From: Thermoanaerobaculia bacterium
GTDB taxonomy: Bacteria; Acidobacteriota; Thermoanaerobaculia; UBA5066
DNA: 64,000 nucleotides
Assembly: GCA_963821225.1 (NCBI GenBank)
Contig: CAWGCY010000004.1
Span: 401,595-465,594 of the forward strand
Reading direction: 5' to 3'
Shown here: positions 28,738 through 38,957 of the stretch, piece after piece
How the letters are laid out: the number at the start of each line of letters is the position of its first letter
How positions within the stretch are numbered: position 1 is the stretch's first letter
Position numbers and translations under genes: made by a program
The notes under the pieces: generated by a model
Databases searched by the model: none
The model's input: only the letters and a program-made list of their open reading frames with translations
Told to the model about the DNA's origin: nothing

Positions 28738-30300
28738 ATGCGCCGGGCAAGGGTCGTCGAGGGAGCGCTGGCCGCGGCTCTCGTTCCGCTGGCGCTGGCC
28801 GTCGTGCTCCCGTTCCGCCGGGAAGCGATGGCGAAGCAGACCGTCCTGTCTCTCGGTTGGGACGCGGCCCTGCACGCGACGGAAGGCCTCGACCTCTTCG
28901 ACGACCTGAGGCTTTTTCGCCCGCTCGACGCGCTGCGGCTCCTCCTGAGCCGGCACTGGTGGGGGCCCCTCTGGGCGCTCGTGAGCGCTCCATTCCAGGC
29001 AGTGTCCGGGCCATCGCTTTCGGCCGCGAGCCTGCCGAGCCTCGTCGCCTTCGCCCTCGCGCCCGCCGCGGCTTTTCTCCTCGCGCGTCGGCTCGTTCCC
29101 GGGGGCCTCCTCGCTCAGGCCGCGACCTTTTTCCTCGTCGCGGTCCTGTTTCTCCGATCTCCCATGCTCCTCGAGATCTCCGCATGGCCCATGCTCGAGA
29201 GCCTCGGAGGGACGCTTGCCCTCTTCGCGTGGCTTTTCTTCGCGGGGCGGCCCTCCCGCCGCCCGCAGCGGGCCGCGTTTCTCGCCGGAGCGGCGCTTTT
29301 CCTCCTGAAGTATCACTTCGGATTCTTCGTCCTCGGGACGTTCGCAGCGGTCGTCCTCGTCGAGGAGACCCCGGAGACGCGACGGCGTCTCGGGGCGGCG
29401 GCACGTCCTCTCTTCTTGCGCGGGGCGGGTGCGGGAATCCTCGGCCTGGCGGCGGCCCTCGCCGCACTCCGGTCGTTTCTCGAGGCTCGCGGCGGAGACG
29501 CCCTCGCTGCTCGCGTGCCGAGCGTGCCAAACGTCGCGTGGGGAGCGTTCGTTCTCTTCGTTCTCCTCGGCGCCGCTCGCCGGCGGACTCTCTCCAAAGC
29601 GTGGGTGAGCGCGTCGGCGACGTTTCGCGACCTCGTCGTCTTCGGCCTCCTGCCCGTCGGCGCGTGGTGCCTCGATCCCGCGAACGTGCGCGGCTGGTAC
29701 CGCCAGATCTTTCAGCCCACCGACGTGCCCGAGCGGAATCCGCTCGCGAGGCTGGCGGCGTTCGGAGACTTTCTGCGCAACGACTACATGCTCGGTTTCG
29801 GACCCGCCGTTCTCGTGCTCTTCGGCCTTCTTCTCGCGTTCGTTCTGCCGGGCGAGAGGACGCGCCGGGCGCTCGCGAGCTTTGCGTTCTGGCCGGTGCT
29901 CCTGATGTCGCTGAACGCGTATCCCGCGGAAGCCCGCTTTCTCGCGTGTCTCGTGCCAGCGCTCCTTGCGGCGGCGGTCGCGGGTTTCTCGGCTCTCGCG
30001 GCGTATCTTCCCGAGAGGGCGCGTGAGCCCGCGCTCGCCGCCGCCGCCGCGCTGATTTTCCTGGCGTTCGACACGGGGCGCTGGCGCACCGAACGCGACG
30101 CGCGCGTCGCCTACCGGTACGCCTACGGCCCCGAGGAGATCGCCGCCGTGAACGTCGCACTGGCGGCCGCGCCGCCGAGCGGGCCGATCCACCTGCGGCT
30201 GCCCGCAAGCCGTCCCGTGTGGCCTACCGTCCGCCTTGCTCTTCGCCTCTCACGCCGCGACCTCGCGCCGGCCGACGTCGAAGTGTCTCAGGCGCCGTGA
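28738..30300 (+). CDS. Polytopic membrane protein, putative GT-C-fold glycosyltransferase (ArnT/PMT-like)
   Basis: About 12 hydrophobic helices over 520 aa, with extramembrane loops carrying acidic residues. Weak family assignment. Confidence 0.4.
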   Translation: MRRARVVEGALAAALVPLALAVVLPFRREAMAKQTVLSLGWDAALHATEGLDLFDDLRLFRPLDALRLLLSRHWWGPLWALVSAPFQAVSGPSLSAASLPSLVAFALAPAAAFLLARRLVPGGLLAQAATFFLVAVLFLRSPMLLEISAWPMLESLGGTLALFAWLFFAGRPSRRPQRAAFLAGAALFLLKYHFGFFVLGTFAAVVLVEETPETRRRLGAAARPLFLRGAGAGILGLAAALAALRSFLEARGGDALAARVPSVPNVAWGAFVLFVLLGAARRRTLSKAWVSASATFRDLVVFGLLPVGAWCLDPANVRGWYRQIFQPTDVPERNPLARLAAFGDFLRNDYMLGFGPAVLVLFGLLLAFVLPGERTRRALASFAFWPVLLMSLNAYPAEARFLACLVPALLAAAVAGFSALAAYLPERAREPALAAAAALIFLAFDTGRWRTERDARVAYRYAYGPEEIAAVNVALAAAPPSGPIHLRLPASRPVWPTVRLALRLSRRDLAPADVEVSQAP

Positions 30301-30330
30301 GAGGTCGCGTCGGCGGATAGACTCGGGCCG

Positions 30331-33054
30331 ATGGCGACGCTTGCCCTCCTGGACGCATCGAACTACCTCTATCGCGCGTTCTACGCGATTCGCGGGCTGA
30401 CCGGCCCCGGAGGCAGGCCGACGAATGCGGTCTACGGCTTCCTGAACATGTGGCGGAAATACCGCGAGGTGCGCAAGCCCGACGCGGTCGCCGTGGCGTT
30501 CGACCGGTACGAGAAGACGTTCCGCGAGGAGATGGACGCGACGTACAAGGCCCAGCGGCAGGCGATGCCCGACGACCTCGTGCCGCAGATCGAGGACGCG
30601 AAAAGACTCTGCCGCCTGCTCGGCTTCGCCGTCGTCGAAGAAGCGGGGTACGAGGCGGACGATCTCATCGGGTCGATTGCACGCGTCGCGAAGGAGGCGG
30701 GCTTCCGGGCCGAGATTTGCTCGGCCGACAAGGATTTGTTCCAGCTCGTGAAGGACCCCGACGTCGCCGTGTGGCATCCCGTCAGGGAAGTGCTCCTCGA
30801 CGAGGCGGCCGTCCTGGAATTCTTCGGCGTAAAGCCGTCCCAGGTCATCGACGTCCTGGCCCTTATGGGCGACTCTTCGGACAATATTCCCGGCGTCCGA
30901 GGAATCGGCGAGAAGACGGCGAAGGAGCTGATCGGGACGTTCGGCTCCCTCGAGGAAATCTACGCGCGGCTGGACGAGGTGAAAGGAAAGCGCAAGGAGA
31001 CGCTGGCGAGCGGGCGGGAGGAGGCGTTCCGATCGAGGGTGCTCGCGACCGTCCGATGCGACCGGCCTTTGCCGGCGGCTCCCAAGGACCTCCTCGAGCT
31101 CTTCCGCATCCGACCGCTCGGCGACGAGGCGGTGAGAGACCTTGCGGCGTTCTACGACGAGCTGGGATTCGCGAAGTTGAAAAAGGAGCTGATCGAATCC
31201 CGGCCTTCCTCTCCCGCGAAGGCAGCGACCCCGGCGACGCTCTCGCTGTTCGACGACGCGTCTCCGTCCCGGGACGAGATCGAGACCGCCAAATGGGTGT
31301 CGTCTGCTCCGGGCCTCGACTCGCTCGTCGAGGCGGCCGCTCGGACGGGCCGCGCTGCGGTTCACGTGGAGTGCGGGCCGGGCTGCCCCTGGCCGGCGCC
31401 GCCGCTCGCGGCGGTCGTGGCGTTGCCCGGCGGGGAAACCGCCGCCTTCGCCCTCGACGAGGCGGGCACGCGGGCGCTCGGAGAGCTCTTCGCGCGCGTT
31501 CCGCTGGTGGCGCACGACGCGAAGCGCCTTTTTCTCGCGGCCGACGCGCTCTCGATCGCACCGCCCGCGCGGATCTCGGATTCGATGCTCGCGAGCTACG
31601 TGGTTTCCCCGGGCCTCCACGCGCACGACCTGGGCGGCGACGCGCGCGGCATCCTGAACCTCCCGCCGGAAGCCGTCCCGACCCTGAAGGAGCTCGCGGG
31701 AGGAGAGCCGGTCACGCTCGACGTCCTCGCCTCGGAAGCCGGGCGGCGGTGGCTCGCTCCGCGCGCGCGCCTCCCACTCGCGCTCATGGACGCGCTCCTT
31801 CCGCGCCTCGCGGAGGATTCGCCGCTCGCCCGCGTCCTTGAGGAAATCGAGCTGCCGCTCGTCCCCGTCCTCGCGCGCATGGAGATCGCTGGCGTCGCGG
31901 TGGACCGAGGCGTCCTGGCCGTCCTGTCGAAGGAGTTCGACGAGCGACTCGCCGCCCTCGAGCGGAAGATCCACGAAGCGGCGGGCGAGCCTTTCAACAT
32001 CGGGTCGCCGCCGCAGCTCGGGCGGATCCTGTTCGAGAAGCTGGGCTACCCGGCGGTGAAGAAGACGGCCAAGACGAAATCGTGGGCGACGGGCTCCGAC
32101 GTGCTCGAGGAGCTCGCCGCGCTCTCGTCGGGGCCGGTGCCGCTCCTCGTCCTCGAATGGCGGGAGATCTCGAAGCTCAAGGGCACGTACGTCGACGCGC
32201 TTCCCGGCGCGATCGCGAAGGACGGGCGCATCCACACGCGGTACGACCAGGCGGTCGCCGCGACGGGGCGCCTCTCCTCGAACGCGCCGAACCTCCAGAA
32301 CATCCCGGTCCGCACGGAAGCGGGCCTCGCGATCCGGCGCGCGTTCGTCGCGGCCCCAGGGTGCGTCCTCGTGGCCGCCGACTACTCCCAGATCGAGCTG
32401 CGTCTGCTCGCGCACCTCTCGGGCGACGAAGCACTGCTCGAAACGTTCCGGCGCGGAGAGGACGTCCACCGGGCGACGGCGGCGAAAATCTTCTCGATCG
32501 CGCCGGAGGCCGTTACGGCGACTCAGAGGCGCGGCGCCAAGACGATCAACTTCGGCGTGCTCTACGGCATGGGACCGTTCGCGCTGGCCGCGCAGCTCGG
32601 CGTGCCGCGCGCGGAGGCGAAGGCGTTCATCACCGCGTACTTCGCCGGGTTTCCGAGGATTCGCGCGTGCCTCGACGCGATCCTCGAGAAGGCGCGCGCG
32701 ACGGGAGGCACGGAGACGATCTTCGGCCGCGTGAGGCCCATCCCCGGCCTCCACGACCGCAACCACAACGTGCGTGCGAACGCGGAGCGGATGGCGATGA
32801 ACGCGCCGTTCCAGGGCTCGGCGGCCGATCTCATCAAGAAGGCGATGATCAATCTGAGCGCTGCGCTGGCGCGCGAGATTCCCGCGGCGCGCCTTCTCCT
32901 GCAGGTGCACGACGAGCTCGTTCTGGAGTGCCCGGTGGCTCTCGCCCCGAGAACGGCGGCGCTCGCGAAGGCCACGATGGAAGGCGCGGCGGCCCTCCAG
33001 GTGCCTCTGACGGTGGCCGTCGGCACGGGCCGGAACTGGGCGGAGGCGAAGTGA
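30331..33054 (+). CDS. polA: DNA polymerase I
   Basis: N-terminal 5'-3' exonuclease (LLDASNYLYRAFYA...), central 3'-5' exo-like region, C-terminal palm motifs (RRGAKTINFGVLYGMG, VHDELVLE). Confidence 0.9.
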   Translation: MATLALLDASNYLYRAFYAIRGLTGPGGRPTNAVYGFLNMWRKYREVRKPDAVAVAFDRYEKTFREEMDATYKAQRQAMPDDLVPQIEDAKRLCRLLGFAVVEEAGYEADDLIGSIARVAKEAGFRAEICSADKDLFQLVKDPDVAVWHPVREVLLDEAAVLEFFGVKPSQVIDVLALMGDSSDNIPGVRGIGEKTAKELIGTFGSLEEIYARLDEVKGKRKETLASGREEAFRSRVLATVRCDRPLPAAPKDLLELFRIRPLGDEAVRDLAAFYDELGFAKLKKELIESRPSSPAKAATPATLSLFDDASPSRDEIETAKWVSSAPGLDSLVEAAARTGRAAVHVECGPGCPWPAPPLAAVVALPGGETAAFALDEAGTRALGELFARVPLVAHDAKRLFLAADALSIAPPARISDSMLASYVVSPGLHAHDLGGDARGILNLPPEAVPTLKELAGGEPVTLDVLASEAGRRWLAPRARLPLALMDALLPRLAEDSPLARVLEEIELPLVPVLARMEIAGVAVDRGVLAVLSKEFDERLAALERKIHEAAGEPFNIGSPPQLGRILFEKLGYPAVKKTAKTKSWATGSDVLEELAALSSGPVPLLVLEWREISKLKGTYVDALPGAIAKDGRIHTRYDQAVAATGRLSSNAPNLQNIPVRTEAGLAIRRAFVAAPGCVLVAADYSQIELRLLAHLSGDEALLETFRRGEDVHRATAAKIFSIAPEAVTATQRRGAKTINFGVLYGMGPFALAAQLGVPRAEAKAFITAYFAGFPRIRACLDAILEKARATGGTETIFGRVRPIPGLHDRNHNVRANAERMAMNAPFQGSAADLIKKAMINLSAALAREIPAARLLLQVHDELVLECPVALAPRTAALAKATMEGAAALQVPLTVAVGTGRNWAEAK

Positions 33055-33092
33055 CGGGCTGTCCGGCCCTGGCTGCCGCTAGAATCGTGCCG

Positions 33093-33974
33093 ATGCGCCC
33101 CGCTCGTCTCGCCGCTGCCGCAATGCTGGCTGCGGGCCTCGCGCGCGCGCAGGCGCTGTCGCCCATGCCCCGGCCCGTCGAGGCGCTGGCGGATCCCGTG
33201 CGCGTCACGCTCGCCGAGGTCGCGTACGTTCACCCGCTCTTCCGGGCGCTCGACGAGGCCCCGAGGCTCGCCGAGAGGACGAATCCACCGGATCTCGACA
33301 CGCGCCAGCCGCTCGTCCTCTCGGTGCATCTCCTCGAGACGGGGCGCGCCGCGGAAGCCGTTCCGATCGAGCCGCCGCTCAAGGGCCTCGCCGCGCCGCT
33401 CGGGGGCCTCGTCCCCCGCTGGCGGTTCACGCCCGCGAAGAAGGGCGGACAGCCGGTTGCGACCTGGGCCACGTACTCCATAGATCTCGCGATCTCGCTC
33501 GAGAAGGGGGTCTTCGCCGCCTTCACGCTCGAGGCGCTGCGCAAGGACGATCCGCTCGTTCCCACGATCCGCGACACCTCCGGCGACGCGTGGATGGCGC
33601 GATACCCGCACGACGTAGAGCCGAAGGACCCTGCGGTCGTCTCGATCGAGGACGTGGACCTGCTCCCTTCGCCCGAGAAGACTCCGTGGAGCTTCGACGC
33701 AGCGCGCGTGCGGGCCCGCACCACGGCGCTCGTCGAGGTCTCGGATCAGGGTGTGGTCAGTCGGTTCTTGCCCACCGGTGAAACGGAGCCGCTTCTCGGG
33801 ATCTGGCTCAAGCAGCTCGCGTCGAAGTGGCGCTTCACGCCCGCGGTCTCGGACGGCCGTCCGGTGTCCTGCTGGATGGCGCTCGACGCGACGCTCGACT
33901 ACACGCTCGATTCGGCGAAGAAGAAGAGTGAACGCGTCGTGAAGAAGAATCTGCGCGCTACTCGACCTTTCTGA
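33093..33974 (+). CDS. Secreted protein with two TonB C-terminal-like domains
   Basis: Signal peptide MRPARLAAAAMLAAGLARAQA. Repeated ...WRFTPA(KKGGQ/VSDGR)PV... segments resemble the TonB_C fold. Confidence 0.45.
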   Translation: MRPARLAAAAMLAAGLARAQALSPMPRPVEALADPVRVTLAEVAYVHPLFRALDEAPRLAERTNPPDLDTRQPLVLSVHLLETGRAAEAVPIEPPLKGLAAPLGGLVPRWRFTPAKKGGQPVATWATYSIDLAISLEKGVFAAFTLEALRKDDPLVPTIRDTSGDAWMARYPHDVEPKDPAVVSIEDVDLLPSPEKTPWSFDAARVRARTTALVEVSDQGVVSRFLPTGETEPLLGIWLKQLASKWRFTPAVSDGRPVSCWMALDATLDYTLDSAKKKSERVVKKNLRATRPF

Positions 33975-35877
33975 CGTCGCCCGACCGCCGCGTCAGCTTT
34001 TTCGCGTCGAAGAACTCGAGCAGCGGAATGAGCGTCTTGCGCGTGAGCCCGAGGAGGTCTCGGAAGCCGGCCACCGAGAGCGTCTGCCCCCGCACCGACT
34101 CGAGTTTTTTCTCCGCCGCAGCCGCTACGTCGCGGTGGACGACGAGATCAGGCGAGAGGCGCACGAGGATTCCGGATTTCACGAGGTGTGACACGAGGCC
34201 GTCCACGACGGCCGGCTTGGTGCCGACGGCGGCCGCGAGATCGGGAAGTTTCGGAGGCTCGAACCCCGCCGCGCGATAGCGTTCGGAGATCTTCGCGGCG
34301 AAAGACGCGGCGTCGCCCTCGAGATCGGCCGCTTTCGTGCCCGGCGGGGCGATGCGATCGCCGTCGAGCGCCAGCTTCTTCGACGCCGCGAGGACCGCGA
34401 TCCAGCCGTCCGAGACGGCGGGCGCAAGCCCCCTGGCCAGACGCTCCTTGAACTCGCTCTTGCCGAACGAGACGGATGGGGCGCCGCTCTTTTTTCGCTC
34501 GGCGAAGGCGGCCGCAGCCCTCTCGGCGAGCGAAGCGGCGGCGCCCGCGTGCGCGTAGAGCGCGGGCGCGATGCGAAGTGCCTTTCCGGAAGACACGAGC
34601 GCGTCGAGCAGGCTCGCAGCCGAGGACGCGAGGAGGCCGAGCCTCGAAGCGAGGCGCGCGGCCGTGAGGCCGGCCGGGCCCGCCTCCAGGAGGAAGAGCT
34701 CCGCGAGGTCCTTCTCGTCGCCCTTTTCGAGGATGGAGAGCGCGCGGACCACGTTCGCGCTGCTCCGGAGCCTCAGGCGCGGGCGCCCGGCGTCGAGGAC
34801 GCGCCCTCCGCCGACCGTCTCGGCGGGAGAGGGCCGGCGGAGGACGAAGCGGTCGCCGGGGCGCGCGGGCAGAGATCGATCCAGCGTGATCTGCGCGAAG
34901 CCCGTCGAGAGGGGAGCGAATGTGCGGCTTTCCGGCTCGCCGGGGCTCACCCCGACGCGGCGGATGCGGCCCGCGATGTCGGCCGTTCCGAGGTGGACGC
35001 GCAGGCGAGCCCCGTCCTCGAGAGGGGCCGAGACGGACGGCAGCCACGTGACTTCGACCGTGAGGACGGAAGAAGGCTCGAGTCCCCCGCGCGCGACGAG
35101 GGCCTGGCCGCGGCGCAGCGTCGCGCGCTCGACGCCGGCGAGGTTCAGGCTCGTCCGCTCGCCCGCCTCCGCGTGAGCGCGCTCCTCGCTGTGCACTTCG
35201 AGGCGCCGCACCCGCACGGGGAGGCCCTCGGGAAAGAGCGTGAGGGGATCTTCGGGCGCGAGGCGCCCTGCGTCGAGCGTGCCCGTGACGACGGGACCGA
35301 AGCCCTTCATCGTGAATGCCCGGTCGAGGAAGACGCGGGCCGAGCGGCGGCTCCGGTCCTCGCGCGCGAGGCGAGTCGCGGCCTCGGTGAGGTGGCGGCG
35401 CAGGGCGGGAAGCCCTTCGCCGGTCACCGCGGAGACGGGCACGATCGAGGCGTTCGCGAGAAACGAACCCTTCACGAGCTCACGGATTTCCTCGTCGACG
35501 AGCGCGCCGGTCTCCGCGTCGACGAGGTCGCTCTTCGTCCGGGCGATGACGCCGGAAGTCAGGCCGAGGAACTTCAGGATGTCGAGGTGCTCGCGCGTCT
35601 GCGGCATGACGGAGTCGTCGGAGGCGACCGCGAAGAGGACGAGGTCCACGCCTTGCGCGCCCGCCACCATCGTGCGCACGAACTTCTCGTGCCCCGGCAC
35701 GTCCACGAACGAAAACGTCGTGTCGTCCCACGAGGCGTGCGCGAAGCCGAGGTCGATCGTGATGCCGCGGGCCTTCTCCTCCGGCAAGCGGTCGGGATCC
35801 GTTCCCGTGAGCGCGTTGACGAGCGCGCTCTTTCCGTGGTCGATGTGGCCGGCGGTGCCGACGAGGACGCGGCGCAA
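33958..35877 (-). CDS. selB: Selenocysteine-specific translation elongation factor SelB
   Basis: EF-Tu-like G domain GTAGHIDHGKSALVNALTG ... DVPGHEKFVRTMVAGA ... TKSDLVD, plus C-terminal winged-helix (SECIS-binding) repeats. Probable TTG start 8 nt after GGAG (…LRRVLVGTAGH). The track ORF extends to 36057. Confidence 0.8.
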   Translation of the reverse strand: MRRVLVGTAGHIDHGKSALVNALTGTDPDRLPEEKARGITIDLGFAHASWDDTTFSFVDVPGHEKFVRTMVAGAQGVDLVLFAVASDDSVMPQTREHLDILKFLGLTSGVIARTKSDLVDAETGALVDEEIRELVKGSFLANASIVPVSAVTGEGLPALRRHLTEAATRLAREDRSRRSARVFLDRAFTMKGFGPVVTGTLDAGRLAPEDPLTLFPEGLPVRVRRLEVHSEERAHAEAGERTSLNLAGVERATLRRGQALVARGGLEPSSVLTVEVTWLPSVSAPLEDGARLRVHLGTADIAGRIRRVGVSPGEPESRTFAPLSTGFAQITLDRSLPARPGDRFVLRRPSPAETVGGGRVLDAGRPRLRLRSSANVVRALSILEKGDEKDLAELFLLEAGPAGLTAARLASRLGLLASSAASLLDALVSSGKALRIAPALYAHAGAAASLAERAAAAFAERKKSGAPSVSFGKSEFKERLARGLAPAVSDGWIAVLAASKKLALDGDRIAPPGTKAADLEGDAASFAAKISERYRAAGFEPPKLPDLAAAVGTKPAVVDGLVSHLVKSGILVRLSPDLVVHRDVAAAAEKKLESVRGQTLSVAGFRDLLGLTRKTLIPLLEFFDAKKLTRRSGDVRKVE

Positions 35878-35879
35878 GC

Positions 35880-37640
35880 TCAGTACTCCGGCCCCGTGTA
35901 GGTCGTGGACTTCTCCGCTGGCAGCGGCTCGCCCGCGAGCTTCGCGCGCGCATGCGCGGCGACACGCAGGCCGTCGAGCGCGGCCGAAACGATCCCACCG
36001 GCGAAACCCGCGCCTTCGCCCGCGGGGAAGAGGCCCGGGACGCTCGGCGACTCGCACCAGCCGTTGCGCTCGATGCGGACGGGCGAGGAGGTGCGCGACT
36101 CCGGGGCGAGGAGGACGGCCTCGTCGGAGATGAAGCCGGGCATTCTCTGGTCGAAGGCGCGCAGACCTTCGGCGAGAGCCTCGAGATAGGGTTCGGGCAG
36201 GATGCCGTCGAAGAGGGACGGGACCGCCGCGGGGCCGTACGTCGTCCGCGGGATCTCGCGCGGGGAAATGCGCGACGTGCGGCTCTTCAGGAAGTCCGTG
36301 ACGCGGAGCGCCGGAGCCGCGTACGTTCCGCCGGCCGATTGGAAGGCCGCCTCCTCGACGCGACGCTGGAGGTCGCGGCCCCGAAAGAGCGGCTCACCGC
36401 TCAGCGCGTCGAAGTCCTCGTCGCGGGTCTGGACGACCAGCCCTGCGTTCGCGTAGCCCGACGATCTCTTGTAGCGCGACATGCCGTTCGTCACGACGCC
36501 CGAGGGTTCCGAAGAGCACGCGATGACCTCGCCGCCCGGGCACATGCAGAACGTGTAGATGCCGCGCCCGTTCGACGCGACGTGCGCCTGCTTGTAGTCG
36601 GCGGGCATCACGCCGCACGCCGACGAGGGTTGGGCGTACTGGATGAGGTCCACGGCGTCCTGGGGATGCTCGATGCGCAGGCCCATCGCGAAATGCTTGC
36701 GCGTCATCGCGACGCCGCGGCGGAGAAGCATGTCCATCGTGTCGCGCGCGGAATGGCCGAGCGCGAGGATCGCGAGCTCCGCCGGGATCTCCTCTCCCGA
36801 GGCCAGCGTCAGGGCCAGGAGGCGGTTGTCCGGACCCGCCGTCACGAAATCCGTGACCTTCGCCCGGTAGCGCAGCGTCGCGCCGTGCTCGAGAAGGTGC
36901 TTTCGGATGTTACGCAGGACGACGACGAGCCGGTCCGTCCCGATGTGCGGCTTGGCGTCGACGAGGATCGAAGCGGGCGCGCCGAAGCGGTGCAGCGTCT
37001 CGAGGATGACGGCGATCTTGTCGTGCCTCTTCCCGCAGGTCAGCTTGCCGTCGCTGAACGTGCCGGCGCCGCCCTCTCCGAACTGGACGTTCGACTCGGG
37101 ATCGAAGACGCCCGACGTCCAGAATTTCATCACCGTGCGATACCGGTCCTCCGCGGGATCTCCGCGCTCGAGAATCGTGACGGGAACGCCGGCGTCGACG
37201 AGCGCGAGGGCCGCGAAGAGGCCCGCGGGTCCCGTTCCCACGACGGCCACGCGGGCCTTGTGCGGGGCGGGAGGGAGCAGGAGCTCCGGGCCCCGGGCGG
37301 CCGGCGCCTTGGACAGACGCAGGGGTTGGGAGAGGCGTGGAGCGAGCGGTGTCTCCGACGAGAACTCCACCGTGAGGTCCCAGAAGAGCGCGGGCTTCTG
37401 CCGGGCGTCGAGCGAGCGGCGCACGAGGACGAGATCGGAAAGGCCTTCTCCCGAGACGCCGAGGACGCGCGCGACGAGGAGGATATCCACGCTCTTCGGC
37501 GCGCGGGCGCGCACGCCGGAGAGCCGATAACGAATAGGGCCGGTCACGGACCGTATTGTGAGGCTATCCTTCAGGCTGGATGATCGCCCTCGTCCTCGCG
37601 GCCGGTTTCGGCACGCGTTTCCGTCCCGAAACACGCGCAA
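35880..37640 (-). CDS. FAD-dependent oxidoreductase (COG2509-like)
   Basis: Dinucleotide-binding motif KARVAVVGTGPAGLFAALAL and a COG2509 C-terminal domain. True start is probably downstream of the first listed Met, because the N-terminus is Arg-rich and overlaps the convergent... divergent neighbour. Confidence 0.55.
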   Translation of the reverse strand: MRVFRDGNACRNRPRGRGRSSSLKDSLTIRSVTGPIRYRLSGVRARAPKSVDILLVARVLGVSGEGLSDLVLVRRSLDARQKPALFWDLTVEFSSETPLAPRLSQPLRLSKAPAARGPELLLPPAPHKARVAVVGTGPAGLFAALALVDAGVPVTILERGDPAEDRYRTVMKFWTSGVFDPESNVQFGEGGAGTFSDGKLTCGKRHDKIAVILETLHRFGAPASILVDAKPHIGTDRLVVVLRNIRKHLLEHGATLRYRAKVTDFVTAGPDNRLLALTLASGEEIPAELAILALGHSARDTMDMLLRRGVAMTRKHFAMGLRIEHPQDAVDLIQYAQPSSACGVMPADYKQAHVASNGRGIYTFCMCPGGEVIACSSEPSGVVTNGMSRYKRSSGYANAGLVVQTRDEDFDALSGEPLFRGRDLQRRVEEAAFQSAGGTYAAPALRVTDFLKSRTSRISPREIPRTTYGPAAVPSLFDGILPEPYLEALAEGLRAFDQRMPGFISDEAVLLAPESRTSSPVRIERNGWCESPSVPGLFPAGEGAGFAGGIVSAALDGLRVAAHARAKLAGEPLPAEKSTTYTGPEY

Positions 37641-38302
37641 CGCCCAAACCGCTCCTGCCGCTCGCGGGCCGCCCTATCCTGTTTCACGTCTTCGATCATC
37701 TCCTCGGACAAGGAGCGGAGGCCTTCGTCGTGAACGCGCACCATCTCGCGAAGGAGCTGCGCGGCGCCGTCGGGGAGTCGTACGAGGGCGTCCCCGTCGC
37801 ATGGTCGATCGAGGAGGAGATCCTGGGCACCGCCGGAGCCATCCGACTCGCGCACGCGCGGGGCCTTCTCGGAACGGAGCCCTTCCTCGTCGCGAACGGC
37901 GACGTCGCGACGACGCTCCCTCTCGGGCGCCTCCTTGCGGCTCGTCACGAGCCCGGGGTCGTCTCGGCGCTCGCCGTTCTCCCGAACGAGAGTCCCGCCG
38001 TCTCGACGCCGCTCTGGTCGGATTCGCGCGGACGGCTCGTCGCCGTCGGAGGCGACCGTCCGTCCGGGGACGCCGCCGGACCCTGGCTCTTCACCGGCCT
38101 TCAGGCCGTGGACCCCGCGCTCGTCTCGCGCATTCCGCCGGGCTTCGCCGAGCTCGCGAAGGACGTCCTCGCGCCTTCGGCGCGCGCAGGCGACGGCGCC
38201 TTCGCGCTCGCCGTGTACCGAACGCCCGCCGACGGCTTCTGGTTCGACCTCGGGACGAAGGCGCGGCTCGCCGCAGCCGAAGCTGCGCTTGCCGCCCACT
38301 GA
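37580..38302 (+). CDS. Sugar-phosphate nucleotidyltransferase (MurU/GlmU-N-terminal-like)
   Basis: MIALVLAAGFGTRFRPETRATPKPLLPLAGRPIL is the classic NTP-transferase G-rich loop. Confidence 0.7.
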   Translation: MIALVLAAGFGTRFRPETRATPKPLLPLAGRPILFHVFDHLLGQGAEAFVVNAHHLAKELRGAVGESYEGVPVAWSIEEEILGTAGAIRLAHARGLLGTEPFLVANGDVATTLPLGRLLAARHEPGVVSALAVLPNESPAVSTPLWSDSRGRLVAVGGDRPSGDAAGPWLFTGLQAVDPALVSRIPPGFAELAKDVLAPSARAGDGAFALAVYRTPADGFWFDLGTKARLAAAEAALAAH

Positions 38303-38307
38303 CACGG

Positions 38308-38898
38308 TCACCACCTCTTGATCCACTTCAGGGACTTGCCGTGCCACGTGAAGATCTGGATCTTCGCGTTCAAAGGCGTGACGCGCACGGCCGCCTGGCG
38401 GCGCTTCTTGTTCGAAAGGTAGACCGACCCGGGCGAGGCTTTACCGAGAGGCGAGAACGTGCAGATGTCGGACTTTCCGAAGCGCAGGGGATCGGTGAGA
38501 CTGCCGATCGGCGCGCCGGCCGGGTCGAGGCCGTCGAAGCCGGGGACAAACGAGAACGTGATGCCCGGGTACTTGCCGTGCATCCAGTACGGTCCCGCGA
38601 CGAGGCGGTCGATGCCCTTCCTGATGTCCAGCGTCGTCACGCCGTTGCCGTTCCCGTCCTGATAGACGGACAGGACGAGATCTCCCGAGCTGTTCGTCCA
38701 CTTCACGCCCACGTCGGCGCCTTGAAAGACGGCGCGCCCGCGGGCGGCCGTGAGGATCGTGGACACCTCGCGGGCCGCCGCGTGAAGCCCCTCCTCCGCG
38801 AGGAGGTCCGTGAAGGGAGGGAGAGACAGAGCGAGCACGAGCCCGAAGATCGCGAGAACGACGACGAGCTCGAAAAGGGAGGTGCCGCGCACGTTCAT
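38308..38898 (-). CDS. Type II secretion/type IV pilus pseudopilin (GspH-like) with prepilin N-terminal methylation motif
   Basis: MNVRGTSLFELVVVLAIFGLVLAL is a prepilin-peptidase cleavage/methylation segment (G|TSLFEL) followed by a beta-rich domain. Confidence 0.6.
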   Translation of the reverse strand: MNVRGTSLFELVVVLAIFGLVLALSLPPFTDLLAEEGLHAAAREVSTILTAARGRAVFQGADVGVKWTNSSGDLVLSVYQDGNGNGVTTLDIRKGIDRLVAGPYWMHGKYPGITFSFVPGFDGLDPAGAPIGSLTDPLRFGKSDICTFSPLGKASPGSVYLSNKKRRQAAVRVTPLNAKIQIFTWHGKSLKWIKRW

Positions 38899-38957
38899 CT
38901 CTTCTTCGAGGAGAGGCGGGCGGCCCGGCAGCCTTCTGCGCGGACCGCCCTTCCCCG

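Noticed and set aside
30250-32910. 886-aa antisense ORF opposite polA, and + strand alternate-frame ORFs 30450..31841, 32082..33974 (N-terminal part)
   Set aside because: polA occupies the region with full-length homology. Alternate frames are Arg/Gly/Pro-rich. Only the C-terminal third of 32082..33974 is real (TonB_C-like secreted protein from ATG 33093).
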